DNA of 64,000 nt from a virus (lineage: Duplodnaviria > Caudoviricetes). Positions 1 through 11,584 of this stretch are shown piece by piece (the stretch's first letter is position 1; each line of letters opens with the position of its first letter). The stretch is taken from IMG/VR virus record IMGVR_UViG_3300029705_006902, positions 1-64,000 of that record; one strand, 5' to 3'. The notes under the pieces are model-generated. The model searched no databases and had not been told where the DNA came from. It was given only the letters and a program-made list of their open reading frames with translations. Made by a program: the position numbers and the translations under genes.

Positions 1-204
1 TTATCCGAAAACAGGTGCATCGTAGTGAATTACTCCGCAATCGCAATACTGCTGGATGTTAAAGAGTCTGTAGAAGAATCTGATAATCTTCCAGAAGATG
101 CTCATAATGCCTGACTTGTGGCAAAGGTGATCGCAATTTTCGGAAGGATCTTCAGGCTGTTCGGGTTCAACGGGTTTCTCGAACTCATATCCGCAGCCGT
201 GGTC
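1..204. repeat. 204-bp near-identical repeat, copy 1 (3' end of surface protein 1)
   Basis: Matches 4588-4791 with 3 mismatches found on manual comparison. Confidence 0.9.
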
Positions 205-3200
205 GCAGAGATAGTCACCGTCTTTGTCGGCATGCTCAAGTGCTTCAATTTCCTTTTCATCAGTTGCACCGCAGCCGTGGTCACAGGAAGCAACTTCCTT
301 ACCTGCCTTGCCGCACTCTGCTTCTTCTGTTACTTCGTACTTTGTGTAGGAGTGCTTGAGAGCTGTGCCTTCGACTTCTCTTTCGTCTGTTTCGCCGCAG
401 AACCAGCAGGTGCTTGTTTCTTTTGCATTAACTTCACACTTTGCAGGTGAGGTTACCTCATAATCATTGAAATTATGAGTGCCTCTGAGGCAGTTTTCCC
501 ATGATGCAGAAACAGAATTAAACATTTCGTTGAGCTTTGCAAGATTTTCAGCATTTTCAGCTACAGTACCTTCAAGAGAGACTAAGAAATTTTCTATTTC
601 ATCTACTGCTGCTAATGCTTCATCGGTAAATTTTTGGTTATTTATAAAATCATCACGCTCATCAAGCAATCCTTCTGCTTCAAGCTTTTCATTCCAATTA
701 TCCGAAAATTTAGTGGCGATTTTTTCAGGTCTAACACTAACAAGTGTGCCGTCTTCGATGCCCTTGTCAAGTTCTTCTTCGTAAGCTTCGATTTCCTTTT
801 CAAACTCTGCAACATCTGCTGCACTTGTGTTTTCGTCTGCCTTCATTGCTTCGAACCGCTTCTTGATTTCCTCAAGACCTGCCTTGCCTTCGTCTGTTAC
901 ATCTTCATAAAGAAACTTATCTTTGATCCTATGTATTGCCTGGTAAATTCCATTGTAATCAGCCTTGACATATTCGCCGCTTGCGATTTTTTCGTCAGCA
1001 TCAGCAATGATTTTCTCAAGCTCTGCGGTTACCGCATTAATAGCAGGCTGATCCTCTTCAACGAGGTCACCGCGGACAAAGCCAAATTCGTCGAAAACAT
1101 TACCGTTATTCTTCAGAATGTCTCTATAGCTCTTATCGATTTCGTCTAATGCTTCCTGTGTGAGAGTACTATTACCGATGTATTCCATAACCTTCACGGA
1201 AGCATCGTTTAAGGCTGTGTCATCTGCTCTCTTAGTGGGCTCTGTGTATGAGTGGCCGCAAAGAGTACAGGTGTAGGTATAATAGCCTGCTGTTTCAAAG
1301 GTGGGTCTTGTGAGCACGCCTTCGCCCCACTCGTGAGGACATTCATAACCGCATTTGTCACAAACGCCGTCGGTGTACTTTTCGTGGGGACAAGCATATT
1401 CGCAGACGGTGCAAGTGCCGTTTACCCACTGATGGCCAATATTTTCATTGGTATTGGAGTAACCCAGTTCTCCTTTGCAGTTCTCTACCTGATACACAGT
1501 GCCGCCGGTGAAGCTGGGGTAGGCATCGGTGCCCAGAGTCTGCTTGAAGGTGATGGTGGACTGGTCGCCGCTTAAGAGGTATGCAACCTCACCCGATGCA
1601 AACTGCGCTTCCGTTTTTTCTGTCGCACCGGTGGTGGAAGTGAATTCCGCCTCGGTTACGATTTCGCCATAATAACAATTTTGAACGATACTACTATTGG
1701 AAGTACGAATACCTCCTACAGGGTGCATCACGTAGTTTGCTTCTCCTTCGCCCACGACCAGCTTGCAGTTGTATGCCCAACAATTCACAATGGCGGTAGG
1801 GCCGTTGTTGCCTCCCACGGAAGAAATGGTGACCGCATCTGTGTTGGTATCAGACGCTCCGGTGATCGTACAGCCTACGGCGTAGCAGTTGGTCAGATTC
1901 GCACAGTATCCTGCCACGGCACCGGCGTTCCAGCCGCTGACTGTAGCATTGATAACACCCAAATTCTTGATCTGTGCGCTGCTGTAATTGCAATATCCAA
2001 ACAGACCCTGAGAGCCGTTGCCGATTGCGGTGAAATTGGAGACGGTATGATTGTTTCCGTCAAAAGTGCCTGCATATTGTTGTTGAACAGGTGAGCCGTT
2101 TGCCTCGGCAATATCATTGTAAAGACCGATGGGATACCAGATTCTATTTTCAAGGTCGATGTCGGCCATCAGCTTGCCGTTTGCAGCAGCGTTGCCTTCA
2201 ATATTGACCTGCTGTGCAAACCAATAAAGCTGACCGGCGTTGGAGATTTCATATACGTCTCCGTTCAGAACAGCAGGCTCATAGCATCCGTATTCGCAGA
2301 AGCCGTTTTTGTCATAGTTAACACTGCTGTCGTGGTTGTCGGGATCAAGTTCACCGTAGCTTTTGCCGCAGACGTCGCATACTGCCTTAGCGATGCAGGT
2401 TGCGGTGCCGCCGGAGCAGGCTTCGGGTGCTGTCACTTTTGTGTGAAGCGCACAGCTGCAGTAACGGCTGTGGGTGGCATCGCCGTTGGAGGTGTAAGTG
2501 TCGCTCAGATGCTGGGCGGTGACCAGTTCAAAATATGTTTCCCTGACCGTCCCGGTAAGCGGAGCATCGGTGCTGTGGGCAAAGGTCTTGTCCGTACCGT
2601 CTCCCGAAGCGTAGTAGTAATAATCCTCGGGGAGATTTCCCACTGGAATCTCATTGCCGGAGCTGCCGCCAGTGGCCAAAATATGGCTGTCGCCGCTGAC
2701 GCTGATACTGTTCGGATATGTGTACACACCGAATTTTTCTCCCTTGGCGGTGAGGCTGCCACCGTTGACGGTGATGCTGCCGCCGCTTTCTCTGGTGCCG
2801 GCTACATACACGCCCGTGTCTTTTCCGGTGGCCTCCAAGATGCCGCCATTCTCAACGGTGATGCTGTATGCGTCCACGCCGCGGCTAGCACTGCTATTAC
2901 CGGTGAGGCTGCCGCCGTTGACGGTGATGCTGCCTGAATATGCATATACGCCGTAGCTATTACTGCTATTGCCGCCATTGCCGGTGAGACTGCCGCCGTT
3001 GACGGTGATGCTGCCTGTACTTGCATACACACCGTGGCCGCCGTTTTCGCCGCCATTGCCGGTGAGACTGCCGCCGGCATTGACGGTGATGCCACCTGTA
3101 CCTGCTGCAACCACACCGGTGCCGTCGCTTTCGCCGCCATTGCCGGTGAGACTGCCGCCGGCGTTGACAGTGATGCTGTCTGCATACACGCCGCTGCCGG

Positions 3201-3708
3201 CCCAGCCGCCAGTGGCAACGAGGGTGGTGCCGCTGTCAACGGTGATGTTACCTCCCGTTGCATACACACCGTAACCGCTGGCGATGCCAGTGGCGGTGAG
3301 GGTGCCTCCTCCGGAGAAGAGGATGTTAGTGTTCGTATTGAAAAGACCTACGCCGGAGTGTGGCGCTGTGGCCGCGCCGAAGCCGCCGGTGACGCTGTTG
3401 TTGCCCACCAGCTCGATGCGCAGTGTCTCCGCGCTTCCGTCATAGAAGATTCCCGTCGCGGCATCGGTGGCAGAGGTAAAGTTGTTGAGGGTGAGGGTAT
3501 TGCTTGCGGCATCCCAGTAGGCATAGCCGGTTTCGGGCTGTGTTGCCGATGCCTCTTTACTGCCGCTGGCCAGATAGGGTGTGCTGCTGCTCATATTCAC
3601 GCCGGAGATTGCTAAGTCGTCGCCATCCGCGGAGGCAGCCGCAAAGGCAAAGGGAATTGCTGTCACAACCATTAAGATTGAGAGGATGATTGATAAGAAT
3701 TTTTTCAT
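1..3708 (-). CDS. Large secreted surface protein (1235 aa): signal peptide, Gly-rich beta-helix-like repeats, GLUG-like region, Cys/His repeats, conserved Cys/His C-terminal domain
   Basis: N-terminal MKKFLSIILSILMVVTAIPFAFA signal peptide; repeated GVYAxxGxITVNGGSLTGxGG units; ISNAGQLYWFA...GTFDGNNHTV...GLFGY GLUG-type segment; RBS AAAGGAGAA overlapping the TetR stop. Confidence 0.85.
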   Translation of the reverse strand: MKKFLSIILSILMVVTAIPFAFAAASADGDDLAISGVNMSSSTPYLASGSKEASATQPETGYAYWDAASNTLTLNNFTSATDAATGIFYDGSAETLRIELVGNNSVTGGFGAATAPHSGVGLFNTNTNILFSGGGTLTATGIASGYGVYATGGNITVDSGTTLVATGGWAGSGVYADSITVNAGGSLTGNGGESDGTGVVAAGTGGITVNAGGSLTGNGGENGGHGVYASTGSITVNGGSLTGNGGNSSNSYGVYAYSGSITVNGGSLTGNSSASRGVDAYSITVENGGILEATGKDTGVYVAGTRESGGSITVNGGSLTAKGEKFGVYTYPNSISVSGDSHILATGGSSGNEIPVGNLPEDYYYYASGDGTDKTFAHSTDAPLTGTVRETYFELVTAQHLSDTYTSNGDATHSRYCSCALHTKVTAPEACSGGTATCIAKAVCDVCGKSYGELDPDNHDSSVNYDKNGFCEYGCYEPAVLNGDVYEISNAGQLYWFAQQVNIEGNAAANGKLMADIDLENRIWYPIGLYNDIAEANGSPVQQQYAGTFDGNNHTVSNFTAIGNGSQGLFGYCNYSSAQIKNLGVINATVSGWNAGAVAGYCANLTNCYAVGCTITGASDTNTDAVTISSVGGNNGPTAIVNCWAYNCKLVVGEGEANYVMHPVGGIRTSNSSIVQNCYYGEIVTEAEFTSTTGATEKTEAQFASGEVAYLLSGDQSTITFKQTLGTDAYPSFTGGTVYQVENCKGELGYSNTNENIGHQWVNGTCTVCEYACPHEKYTDGVCDKCGYECPHEWGEGVLTRPTFETAGYYTYTCTLCGHSYTEPTKRADDTALNDASVKVMEYIGNSTLTQEALDEIDKSYRDILKNNGNVFDEFGFVRGDLVEEDQPAINAVTAELEKIIADADEKIASGEYVKADYNGIYQAIHRIKDKFLYEDVTDEGKAGLEEIKKRFEAMKADENTSAADVAEFEKEIEAYEEELDKGIEDGTLVSVRPEKIATKFSDNWNEKLEAEGLLDERDDFINNQKFTDEALAAVDEIENFLVSLEGTVAENAENLAKLNEMFNSVSASWENCLRGTHNFNDYEVTSPAKCEVNAKETSTCWFCGETDEREVEGTALKHSYTKYEVTEEAECGKAGKEVASCDHGCGATDEKEIEALEHADKDGDYLCDHGCGYEFEKPVEPEQPEDPSENCDHLCHKSGIMSIFWKIIRFFYRLFNIQQYCDCGVIHYDAPVFG

Positions 3709-3711
3709 AGT

Positions 3712-4416
3712 TTATTCTCCTTTAGGGAATGGGTATTTGGTTTGTATCTGAAGTTCATCGAAAACACTTTGCACCGCCTCTTTTGCAACGGTCGCAAAAT
3801 CAATTTTTTCGATAAACTCAATTGCCTCGGTGATTTTTTCATCTTCCGCCTTATAAATACGCAGAAGCATTGTTACGAGTCTTTTTGCTTTTCCCTCAAT
3901 AGTAAAATACATATCGCAGGGAATAGTCATATATGCTCTCATAATGCCCATAGAAGCGATTTCCGTTTCGTAGAAGTCTTTTAGCTTGAAAGTTTTAAAC
4001 GTTTCGCTGAAGGATTCATGCATCATGTTTGCTCTTCGTTTCAGCACCTCTTCACTTGTTTTCGGCATCGAATAGCCTGCAAGGTAAAGGTTGCGCATAT
4101 CCTCGTTCATTTCTGCCATATAAAGCTGTAAAACCTCATTGGCCAAAAAGATCAGAACGAGGTCATCCGTAAGCTTTTTTGAAACCGCATCCGATGCACT
4201 CGTCACACCGTCCAGAAAACGTGTGACAAGCAAGCCCAGAATTTCCTCCTTACTGCTGAATTCATAAAGAATTTTGCTTTTGGGCACCCCGGAAAGCTTT
4301 GCAATATCGGAAAAGGTGGTTCGCTCAAAGCCCTTTTGCATAAACAGCGTTGTTGCTGCAATCAGAATTTTTCTGTGCAGCTCAGCGGTTGCCTGTTCAC
4401 TTCTTATATTCGCCAT
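3712..4416 (-). CDS. TetR/AcrR family transcriptional regulator (234 aa)
   Basis: N-terminal HTH signature KILIAATTLFMQKGFERTTFSDIAKLSGVPKSKILYEFSSKEEIL. Confidence 0.92.
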   Translation of the reverse strand: MANIRSEQATAELHRKILIAATTLFMQKGFERTTFSDIAKLSGVPKSKILYEFSSKEEILGLLVTRFLDGVTSASDAVSKKLTDDLVLIFLANEVLQLYMAEMNEDMRNLYLAGYSMPKTSEEVLKRRANMMHESFSETFKTFKLKDFYETEIASMGIMRAYMTIPCDMYFTIEGKAKRLVTMLLRIYKAEDEKITEAIEFIEKIDFATVAKEAVQSVFDELQIQTKYPFPKGE

Positions 4417-4443
4417 AAGTTAAACTCCTTTTCGCACTCCCTG

Positions 4444-4463
4444 AAATAAACCGCGGTTTATTT
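4444..4463. promoter_or_regulatory. Perfect 20-bp palindrome, candidate TetR operator
   Basis: AAATAAACCGCGGTTTATTT lies between the -10 box and the RBS of the TetR gene. Confidence 0.65.
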
Positions 4464-4472
4464 TCTTTTATT

Positions 4473-4501
4473 ATTTTAAAGTAATAAAACAAATCTGTCA
4501 A
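4473..4501 (-). promoter_or_regulatory. Sigma-70/A promoter of TetR-surface protein operon 1
   Basis: TTGACA-17 nt-TAAAAT on the minus strand. Confidence 0.75.
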
Positions 4502-4539
4502 TAGCTAAAATAATAATTTTCTACATAATAGTGAACAAC

Positions 4540-4565
4540 ACCGCCGAGGATTTCTCCCCGGCGGT
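4540..4565 (-). terminator. Probable intrinsic terminator after surface protein 2
   Basis: ACCGCCG...CGGCGGT stem about 20 nt past the stop codon; weak U-tract. Confidence 0.5.
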
Positions 4566-4587
4566 AAGTTTTAGTAAGTATTAAATT

Positions 4588-4791
4588 TTATCCGAAAACG
4601 GGTGCATCGTAGTGAATCACACCGCAATCGCAATACTGCTGGATGTTAAAGAGTCTGTAGAAGAATCTGATAATCTTCCAGAAGATGCTCATAATGCCTG
4701 ACTTGTGGCAAAGGTGATCGCAATTTTCGGAAGGATCTTCAGGCTGTTCGGGTTCAACGGGTTTCTCGAACTCATATCCGCAGCCGTGGTC
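4588..4791. repeat. 204-bp near-identical repeat, copy 2
   Basis: Matches 1-204. Confidence 0.9.
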
Positions 4792-7700
4792 ACACTTATA
4801 GTCGCCGTTGTCGTCCTTATGGGTGAGCTTATCAATCGTCTGTTGTGCGGTAATAACGGCACCGCATATTGCACACTTGACACCGTCTGTAAGACCTGCC
4901 TTTTCGCAAGTTGCGGCATAGCCCTTTACAGTTTCTTCGGTGTGCTCTGCCACGGGGATTTCCTTATAAGTTGTGTAGTCACAGGCGGTGCAGTATTCGT
5001 AAGCTTCCCAACCGATTTCTGTGCAAGTAGGTGCCTGTGCTTCTACCTGCACAAGAGTATCCTTGTGGTTGGTCGCAGGGATTTCTCTTGGGTTCACAGC
5101 ATCACAGTAGTCGCAAGGTGATGTTTCCTGACCTGCTTCGGTGCAAGTGGGAGCCTTTGTTTCGACAAAGCTTGTGAAAGAGTGTTCGCAAGCTTTACCA
5201 CATTCAGTACATTCACCGAATTTCCATGTATGTCCGGATTCTTCACTGATAAGACCGCAGTCACATTCCTTCCAGTGCTTTTCTGCATCATTCTTCCATT
5301 CGCCGCTGAAATCGCAGGTGTGAACGGATGTGACCTCAAATGTATCCGACATTTCGGTGGTGCCGTCCGCAAAGGTGACTTCACAGGCATACTGACCGAT
5401 TGTATCGGGTGTGAGGGTGTCGGTGGTCTGACCGTCAATTGCGGTGTAAACACTGCCGTCCATGTAGGCTCTGACTGCTACGCCGGAAACGTTGGGGATT
5501 GAAAAACCGTAATAACCGTCTGCCGGTGCGGTAAACGAAATCGTTGTGCCGTACTGCTCAACAGTCCACTCATCCGTGAACATACCCGGATTCTGTACAT
5601 AGGCGATCCACCATTTGGAAACCGATTCGGAGGCTTCAAGTTCAACCGTTTCGCCTTCCTGCAATTCAATGACGAAATAATAACCTTCGGGGCTGGTCCA
5701 ACCGATTTCGGAATCATACTCACCGTAAATCTCGGAGGGAGCACCCAGCAAACCCCAGGAGCCGGTTGCTTCTTCATCCGTAATTTCGACTATGCCGCCT
5801 TCAACTGTGTACCACTGATAAGAAGCATCGGTGTTGTCATTGAGTTCCACATAGGGTTCTTCTTCGGTAGGCTGATGGGTGATGGCATACTTGTATTCAA
5901 AGGAATCGGATACTTCGGTTGTGCCGTCTGCAAAGGTGACTTCGCAGAGATAATGGTTCCCGTATGCAGGATTGCTGAGTGCAGCCCCGGTCTCACCTTC
6001 AATTGCACTACAGACCAAATCGTCCATGTAAGCTTTGACGGTGACAACACCACTGTTTACATAAGTATAGAACGTATAATTGCCATCGGCTGTTACCGTT
6101 ATTTCATATGTATTGACACCGGATTCGACTTCTTCACCGAAATCCTCGTCGGCCGCGTAATCATAAAGACCGACCCAGTCATAGAAATCTCCCGTAAGTT
6201 CGATTATTACCGTATCTCCCGCTTCAAGTGCAAGCGTAAAGAAGTCATGTCCGTAATCACCTTCATTACACGGCACACCGGTCCAACCCGCTTCTGCATC
6301 ATAAGAGCTATCGCCCCAATCGTAAGAAACAGTGCCGGCATTTTCTTCTGTGATCTCAATCGTTTTGTATTCGATCTCATACCACTGATAAGAAGCATCG
6401 GTATCATTGCTGAGTCCTACATAAGGCGCTGTTTCTGTGGGCTGATGAGTAATTGCATAAACAAAGCTTCCGCAAATTGCGCATACAGCACCTTCTTCTA
6501 AATAATGACCGCAATCAACGCCGCATTCAAAGCCGCACTTTTTGCAGACTTTTCCGTCAAGCTCATGCTTGCATTGAATTGTTATAACTCTGTAGTTTTT
6601 CGCATTGGCACTGTCGTATTCGACAAGATAAGTTGCGTCAGCCTTTTCACTTGCGAGAACCATGTACTCAGAGTTGTATTCGCTGAAATCGGGAGCAACA
6701 TCGAAAACGGGATATTCCGCTGTATTGTTACCTGCAACAAGAGTACCGCCGGTAATCTTTATTGAGTCAGCTGAAATTGCTTTTTCATATTCACTGCTTA
6801 CAATTAACTTGCCCGCATTGACAGTAACCTCTGCGACATAAATTCCCGGATAACCGTTTCCGCCGTGGGCTTTCAGGCTTCCGCCGTCAACAGTAACCAC
6901 ATCTGCTTCAATGCTTTCTTCATCAACGGCAATATAAACATCAGCATTGCCGCTTACAATGACTGTTTCGCTTTCATTTGCAGAGATATAAATACCTTCT
7001 TCGTCGTTATTTACAAGCGAAACCTTTGCATGATCAGTAAAGGTTACAGTCGCTTTGGCAGTATCGACGATATAGATACATTCATCTTCGCCGTCTACTG
7101 TTAATATGCCGTTATCCTTAACAAGAATTTCAACGCTGTTGGAATCGCTCGACACAACAACACCTTCTGAAATTGCTTTTATGTTCAATGTACTGTTTTC
7201 GTTTACAGTAAGCTTGATATCATTATTGGAATCAATATCCACACCGTCAGTTTCGGAGTTTACATTAAGTGTTACGCTGTCCTTGACGTTTATTTCAATG
7301 TTTTCATCAGAATCATTTGCAGAGTCAGCATATATTCCGTTATCGATAGCTTCTATGTCTAATTTACCTGTTCCGCCGATATTGATAACAGTGTCATCCT
7401 CTGCATATATACACAGACCGTCAACGGCAACAATTTTGTTTTCGCCCTTCACTTCAATATTCAGAGAGCCGTCACAAATAATGCCGCAGTCCGCTCCCTC
7501 ATAGCTGAAGCCGTCAAGAACAAGAGTATTTGTATCCGGAACATAATATACCGTTGCACCCTCATCTGCATCACCGAGAATATCGGTGTAATTACTGCCG
7601 TCTACATAGATTCCGCCAACGTAAATCCCGGGTGCACCAATCAGAGCATTGCAAATATCACAGATATTGTCGCCGTTTTCGTCTGCGCATTTGCTTACTG

Positions 7701-9873
7701 TTATTCCGCATTCTGTACAAAAATGTTTTTCTACATCATCGATGTGAGGACATTCATAGCCGCAAACACCACATTTGCCGTTTGTTACATTTTCGTGAGG
7801 ACAGCTGTAACCACAGCCCTTTGCGCAGATACCGTCTTTATTTGACAAGTCATGCTGACAAGTTGTATAAATAATCTGTCCGTCTGTAAGAGTGCTTCCG
7901 TCTGCACAGCTGTAAACCGTTTCACCGTCAACTACAACGGCAAAGTTACACTCTTCGGAATAATTTCCTGCAACCCAATTGAAGGTATAAATACTGTCTT
8001 TGGGGAGAAATACTGTCAGGCTTCCGTTTTCGCCGTATTCAATGGTTGCTGTTCCCACTTCCGTATTTACTCCGTCAACAAGAAGCTTAATTACAACGGC
8101 ATTTCCGTTCCAACCGTCACCGTAGCTGTCGGTCATTTCAATTGTAACGATTGTACCTTCTGTGCCGCAGCCATCACACTTGTTGCCTGTGATACTTTCA
8201 TGAGTACATTCATAACCGCAGATGCACTTGCCGATATAATCCAAGCTATGCTCGTGTGTATCAATTTTGATTTCCGCATAGGTCTTGCCGTCAAGGGCTG
8301 CTTTCATGTCAGAAACAGGTGTAAATTCACTTTCTGTGTCATATCTTACAAAGAAATAATCACTTTCAGTAAGCCCGTCTGCTTTTAAAATATCACCATT
8401 GTCCTTATCAATAAGTTTGTATGCACCGCTTACAGTAAGCAAAGCACCCTTATCTATTGTTATTTCATTGCGTATAGCTTTATATTCTCCCGAAGTGCTG
8501 ATAACATTCAGTGTACCGCCGTTGAGTTTAACCGGTGAGCCGATTACTTCGTAAGAATCATTTGAAGCAGTTACCGTGCCATCATTGATTATAAAATTAC
8601 CGCAGTTTATAGTATAAATGCTTTGGCCAACAGTTTCAAGAACCATATTGCCGCCGTTTACTGTAACGGAGCTGTCGCTGTTACCACCGTTATAAAAGCG
8701 GGCAGCCTTGAATGTGGCATCATCACTTCCTTCAAAAACAAGATGTTGTTTGTAAAGAGCTACCCTGCCTGCAATCTCGTTCGTTCCTTCAAATGCTATA
8801 TTTATCACTGCGTTATCAGCAACAGCTATATTTAAACCGGAAACTGTAACATTATTGAATGTCAAGTCACAGGCTTCATAAACAGAAACCTCACCCGAAG
8901 TCGTGCCGGTTAAAATAATGCCGTCTTCATCGTAATTGGATGAGTCGATGGACACATATGATTCATCTGTTACATCAATAACAAGCTTGCCGAGATTTGC
9001 ACCGCAGACTTGACAGGAGCCGTTCTGTCCTTCGTGAGGACATTCATAGCCGCAAACACACTTGCCGTTTTCAAAGCTATGCTCATGTGTGTCAATTTTG
9101 ATTTCTGCATAGGTCTTGCCGTCAAGAGCTGCTTTCATGTCAGAAACAGGTGCAAATTCACTTTCTGTGTCATATCTCACAAAGAAGTAATCGTTTTCTT
9201 CTGCATCGTCAGCCATAACGATATCTGAATACATATCAAGTATTCCCTTTGTGGCACTTACGGTAAGCAAAGCGCCTTTTTCTATAATGATACCACCCAA
9301 GATAGCTTCATAATCGGTCGATGTACTTATCATATTCAGCTCACCGCCGTTAAGCGTAACGGGGTCAAGTACCACATAATAATAATTGTTAGAAGCGGTA
9401 ACCGTTCCGCCGTTGATTATAAATCCGCCTGCACAGATTATTGTAGGTAAAGTGTCTTCTGTAACGCAGTCAAGAATGATATTACCGCCGTTTACGGTAA
9501 CGGAGCCGGGGTGACCAGCGGTATTAAAACTCGAGGTCTTTAATGTATCCGTTTCGCCACCGTCAAAGATAATATGTGATTTATATACATCTACGAATTC
9601 TACCTCTGTTGTTCCGTCAAGGGTTATATTAATCACGGAATTATCAGGTGCATACTGAAAAACAAGACGTCCTGTAGTAAGATTGCTAAGTATCAGATCT
9701 GTTTCTTCACGAACATAAACCATTGCATCCGGATTTGTTCCTGTGATAATATAGCCGTCCTCGTCATAATACGGATAACCCTTACCGATATCCACAGTTA
9801 ATTCGTCGGTAACATCAATGACCAGCTTGTCAAGATTTGCACCGCAGACTTGACAGGAGCCGTTCTGTCCTTC

Positions 9874-10179
9874 GTGGTGACATTCGTAGCCGCAAACATC
9901 GCAAATGCTGTTTGTGTAGCCTTCGTGGGGACATTCATAGCCGCAAACATCGCAAATGCTGTTTGTGTAGCCTTCGTGGGGACATTCGTAGTCGCAAACA
10001 TCGCAAACACCGTCTGTGTAGCTTTCGTGGGGACATTCGTAGCCGCAAGCATCACATTTGCTGTCGGTGTAGCTTTCGTGGGTGCATTCATAGCCGCAAG
10101 CATCACATTTGCTGTCGGTGTAGCTTTCGTGGGTGCATTCATAGTCGCAAACATCACAAACACCGTCTGTGTAGCTTTC
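9874..10179 (-). repeat. Six tandem 51-bp coding repeats (17-aa Cx-HExYTxxxCDxCxYE)
   Basis: Direct inspection: 6 x 51 bp, in frame in surface protein 2. Confidence 0.85.
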
Positions 10180-11003
10180 GTGTTCACCGGTTGCAGGAAT
10201 CACTTCACCTGATAAATAAGCATCACATTGTGCACAGTAAAGACCGGCTGTGTGTCCGTCAGCCCCGCAAGTTGCATCTCGGGCTGTCTTTTCCTCCAAT
10301 GCACCGAAATGAACGGGAATTGTGTTAATTCTATCTGTTTCGTTTTCGGGCTTCGTGATTGCTTCCCACTGTGCTTCAGTTCCCGTGAAGTGCACTGCTT
10401 CAAGCGCATCACAATAGTTTATTACATCATTTTCGATTGAAATTACATTACTGCCGATTACAAGGTTTTCAAGATAACTGCAGCTATAAAACATACTGGA
10501 GATAATTTCAGTAAGCTTTTCAGGTAAAACTATATTTTTAATTTCTGAACAACTGAAAGCGTTATAGTCTATAAAATTTACATTTTTTCCGAAATGAACT
10601 GTTTCAACCGAAGAATAAAAAAAACAAGACTCATTCATTGTAGTAACATCGTCAGAAATGTTTATTGTTTTAAGGTTTTCAGAAGACGAAAATGAATCAT
10701 TGCCTAAGATCAGAACACCTGCCGGAACGGTATAGGTTTCGTCTGCCTTTCTTACAGGATACATAACAAGCTCAGTTTTATCGGCATTGAAAAGAACACC
10801 GTCAATAAGAGCGTAGGTGGAATTTCCTTCCGCGAGCTTAAACTCGGCAAAATAGTTATTGCCATAAGCATCCATCTCATTCACAGTTGAAGGGATTGAC
10901 AGAGAAACAGCATTGGACAAATCATAAAAAGATCCCTGTCGAATATTCGTTATACCTTCCTCAATTACAACATCTTTAATGCTGCTTTCATAAGCCAGCC
11001 AGG

Positions 11004-11562
11004 TGTGCCGAAAACAAAAATTCTTTATGAAATGAACAGCAAAGAAGAAATCCTTGTTCACCTCGTGACGAGATTTCTTGACGGTGTTACGGCGGCATCG
11101 GATGCGGTTTCAAAAAAGCTTACGGATGACCTCGTTCTGATCTTTTTGGCCAATGAGGTTTTACAGCTTTATATGGCAGAGATGAACGAGGATATGCGAA
11201 ACCTGTATCTTGCAGGCTATTCAATGCCGAAAACCAGCGAAGCGGTTCTGAAAAGAAGAGCCGAAATGATGTATGCGCATTTCAGTTTCAGATTTCCCGA
11301 GCAGGAATTAAAGGACTTTTACGAAATCGAAATTGCTTCAATGGGAATAATGAGGGCATATATGACCGTTCCCTGCGATATGTATTTTACTATTGAGGCA
11401 AAAGCAGAAAGGCTTGTAACAATGCTGCTGCGTATTTACGAGGCAGAAGAGAAAATAATCAACGAAGCGCTTGAATTTATTCAAAAAATTGACTTTGAAG
11501 CAGTGGCCGTAAAAGCTGTTGAAAGTGTATTCAATGAGCTTGAAATAAAAACTAATAAATGA
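11004..11562 (+). pseudogene. TetR regulator 2, C-terminal fragment (inside the inversion)
   Basis: VPKTKILYEMNSKEEILVHL... is closely similar to 3712-4416 from the second HTH helix onward. Confidence 0.88.
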
Positions 11563-11584
11563 TTTTCGAAAGGAGAATAAACAA

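Larger units (their letters stand above)
4588..10999 (-). pseudogene. Surface protein 2, C-terminal part (BspA-type LRR_5 repeats, Cys/His repeats, duplicated beta-helix modules, conserved C-terminal domain), separated from its N-terminus by the inversion
   Basis: Frame begins WLAYESSIKDVVIEEGITNI (LRR_5-like) with no signal peptide; the ORF-track N-terminus (11000-11061) is antisense TetR sequence; joins in frame with 11585-12243 at CCTG. Confidence 0.85.

Noticed and set aside
2332-3689. Several overlapping plus-strand ORFs (201, 193, 101, 100 aa)
   Set aside because: Antisense products of the GC-rich repeats in surface protein 1.
9874-10179. Regular repeats as a possible CRISPR array
   Set aside because: Contiguous in-frame coding repeats with no unique spacers; no cas genes in the window.
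9837-10328. Plus-strand ORFs with RGDIHSRKH repeats, and ORFs 9850-10212 and 9798-10187
   Set aside because: Shadow frames of the 51-bp coding repeats in surface protein 2.
11000-11061. N-terminus MNKDFFFAVHFIKNFCFRHT of the ORF-track 2157-aa protein
   Set aside because: It is the antisense of the TetR2 fragment brought in by the inversion; the true N-terminus is at 11585-12243.
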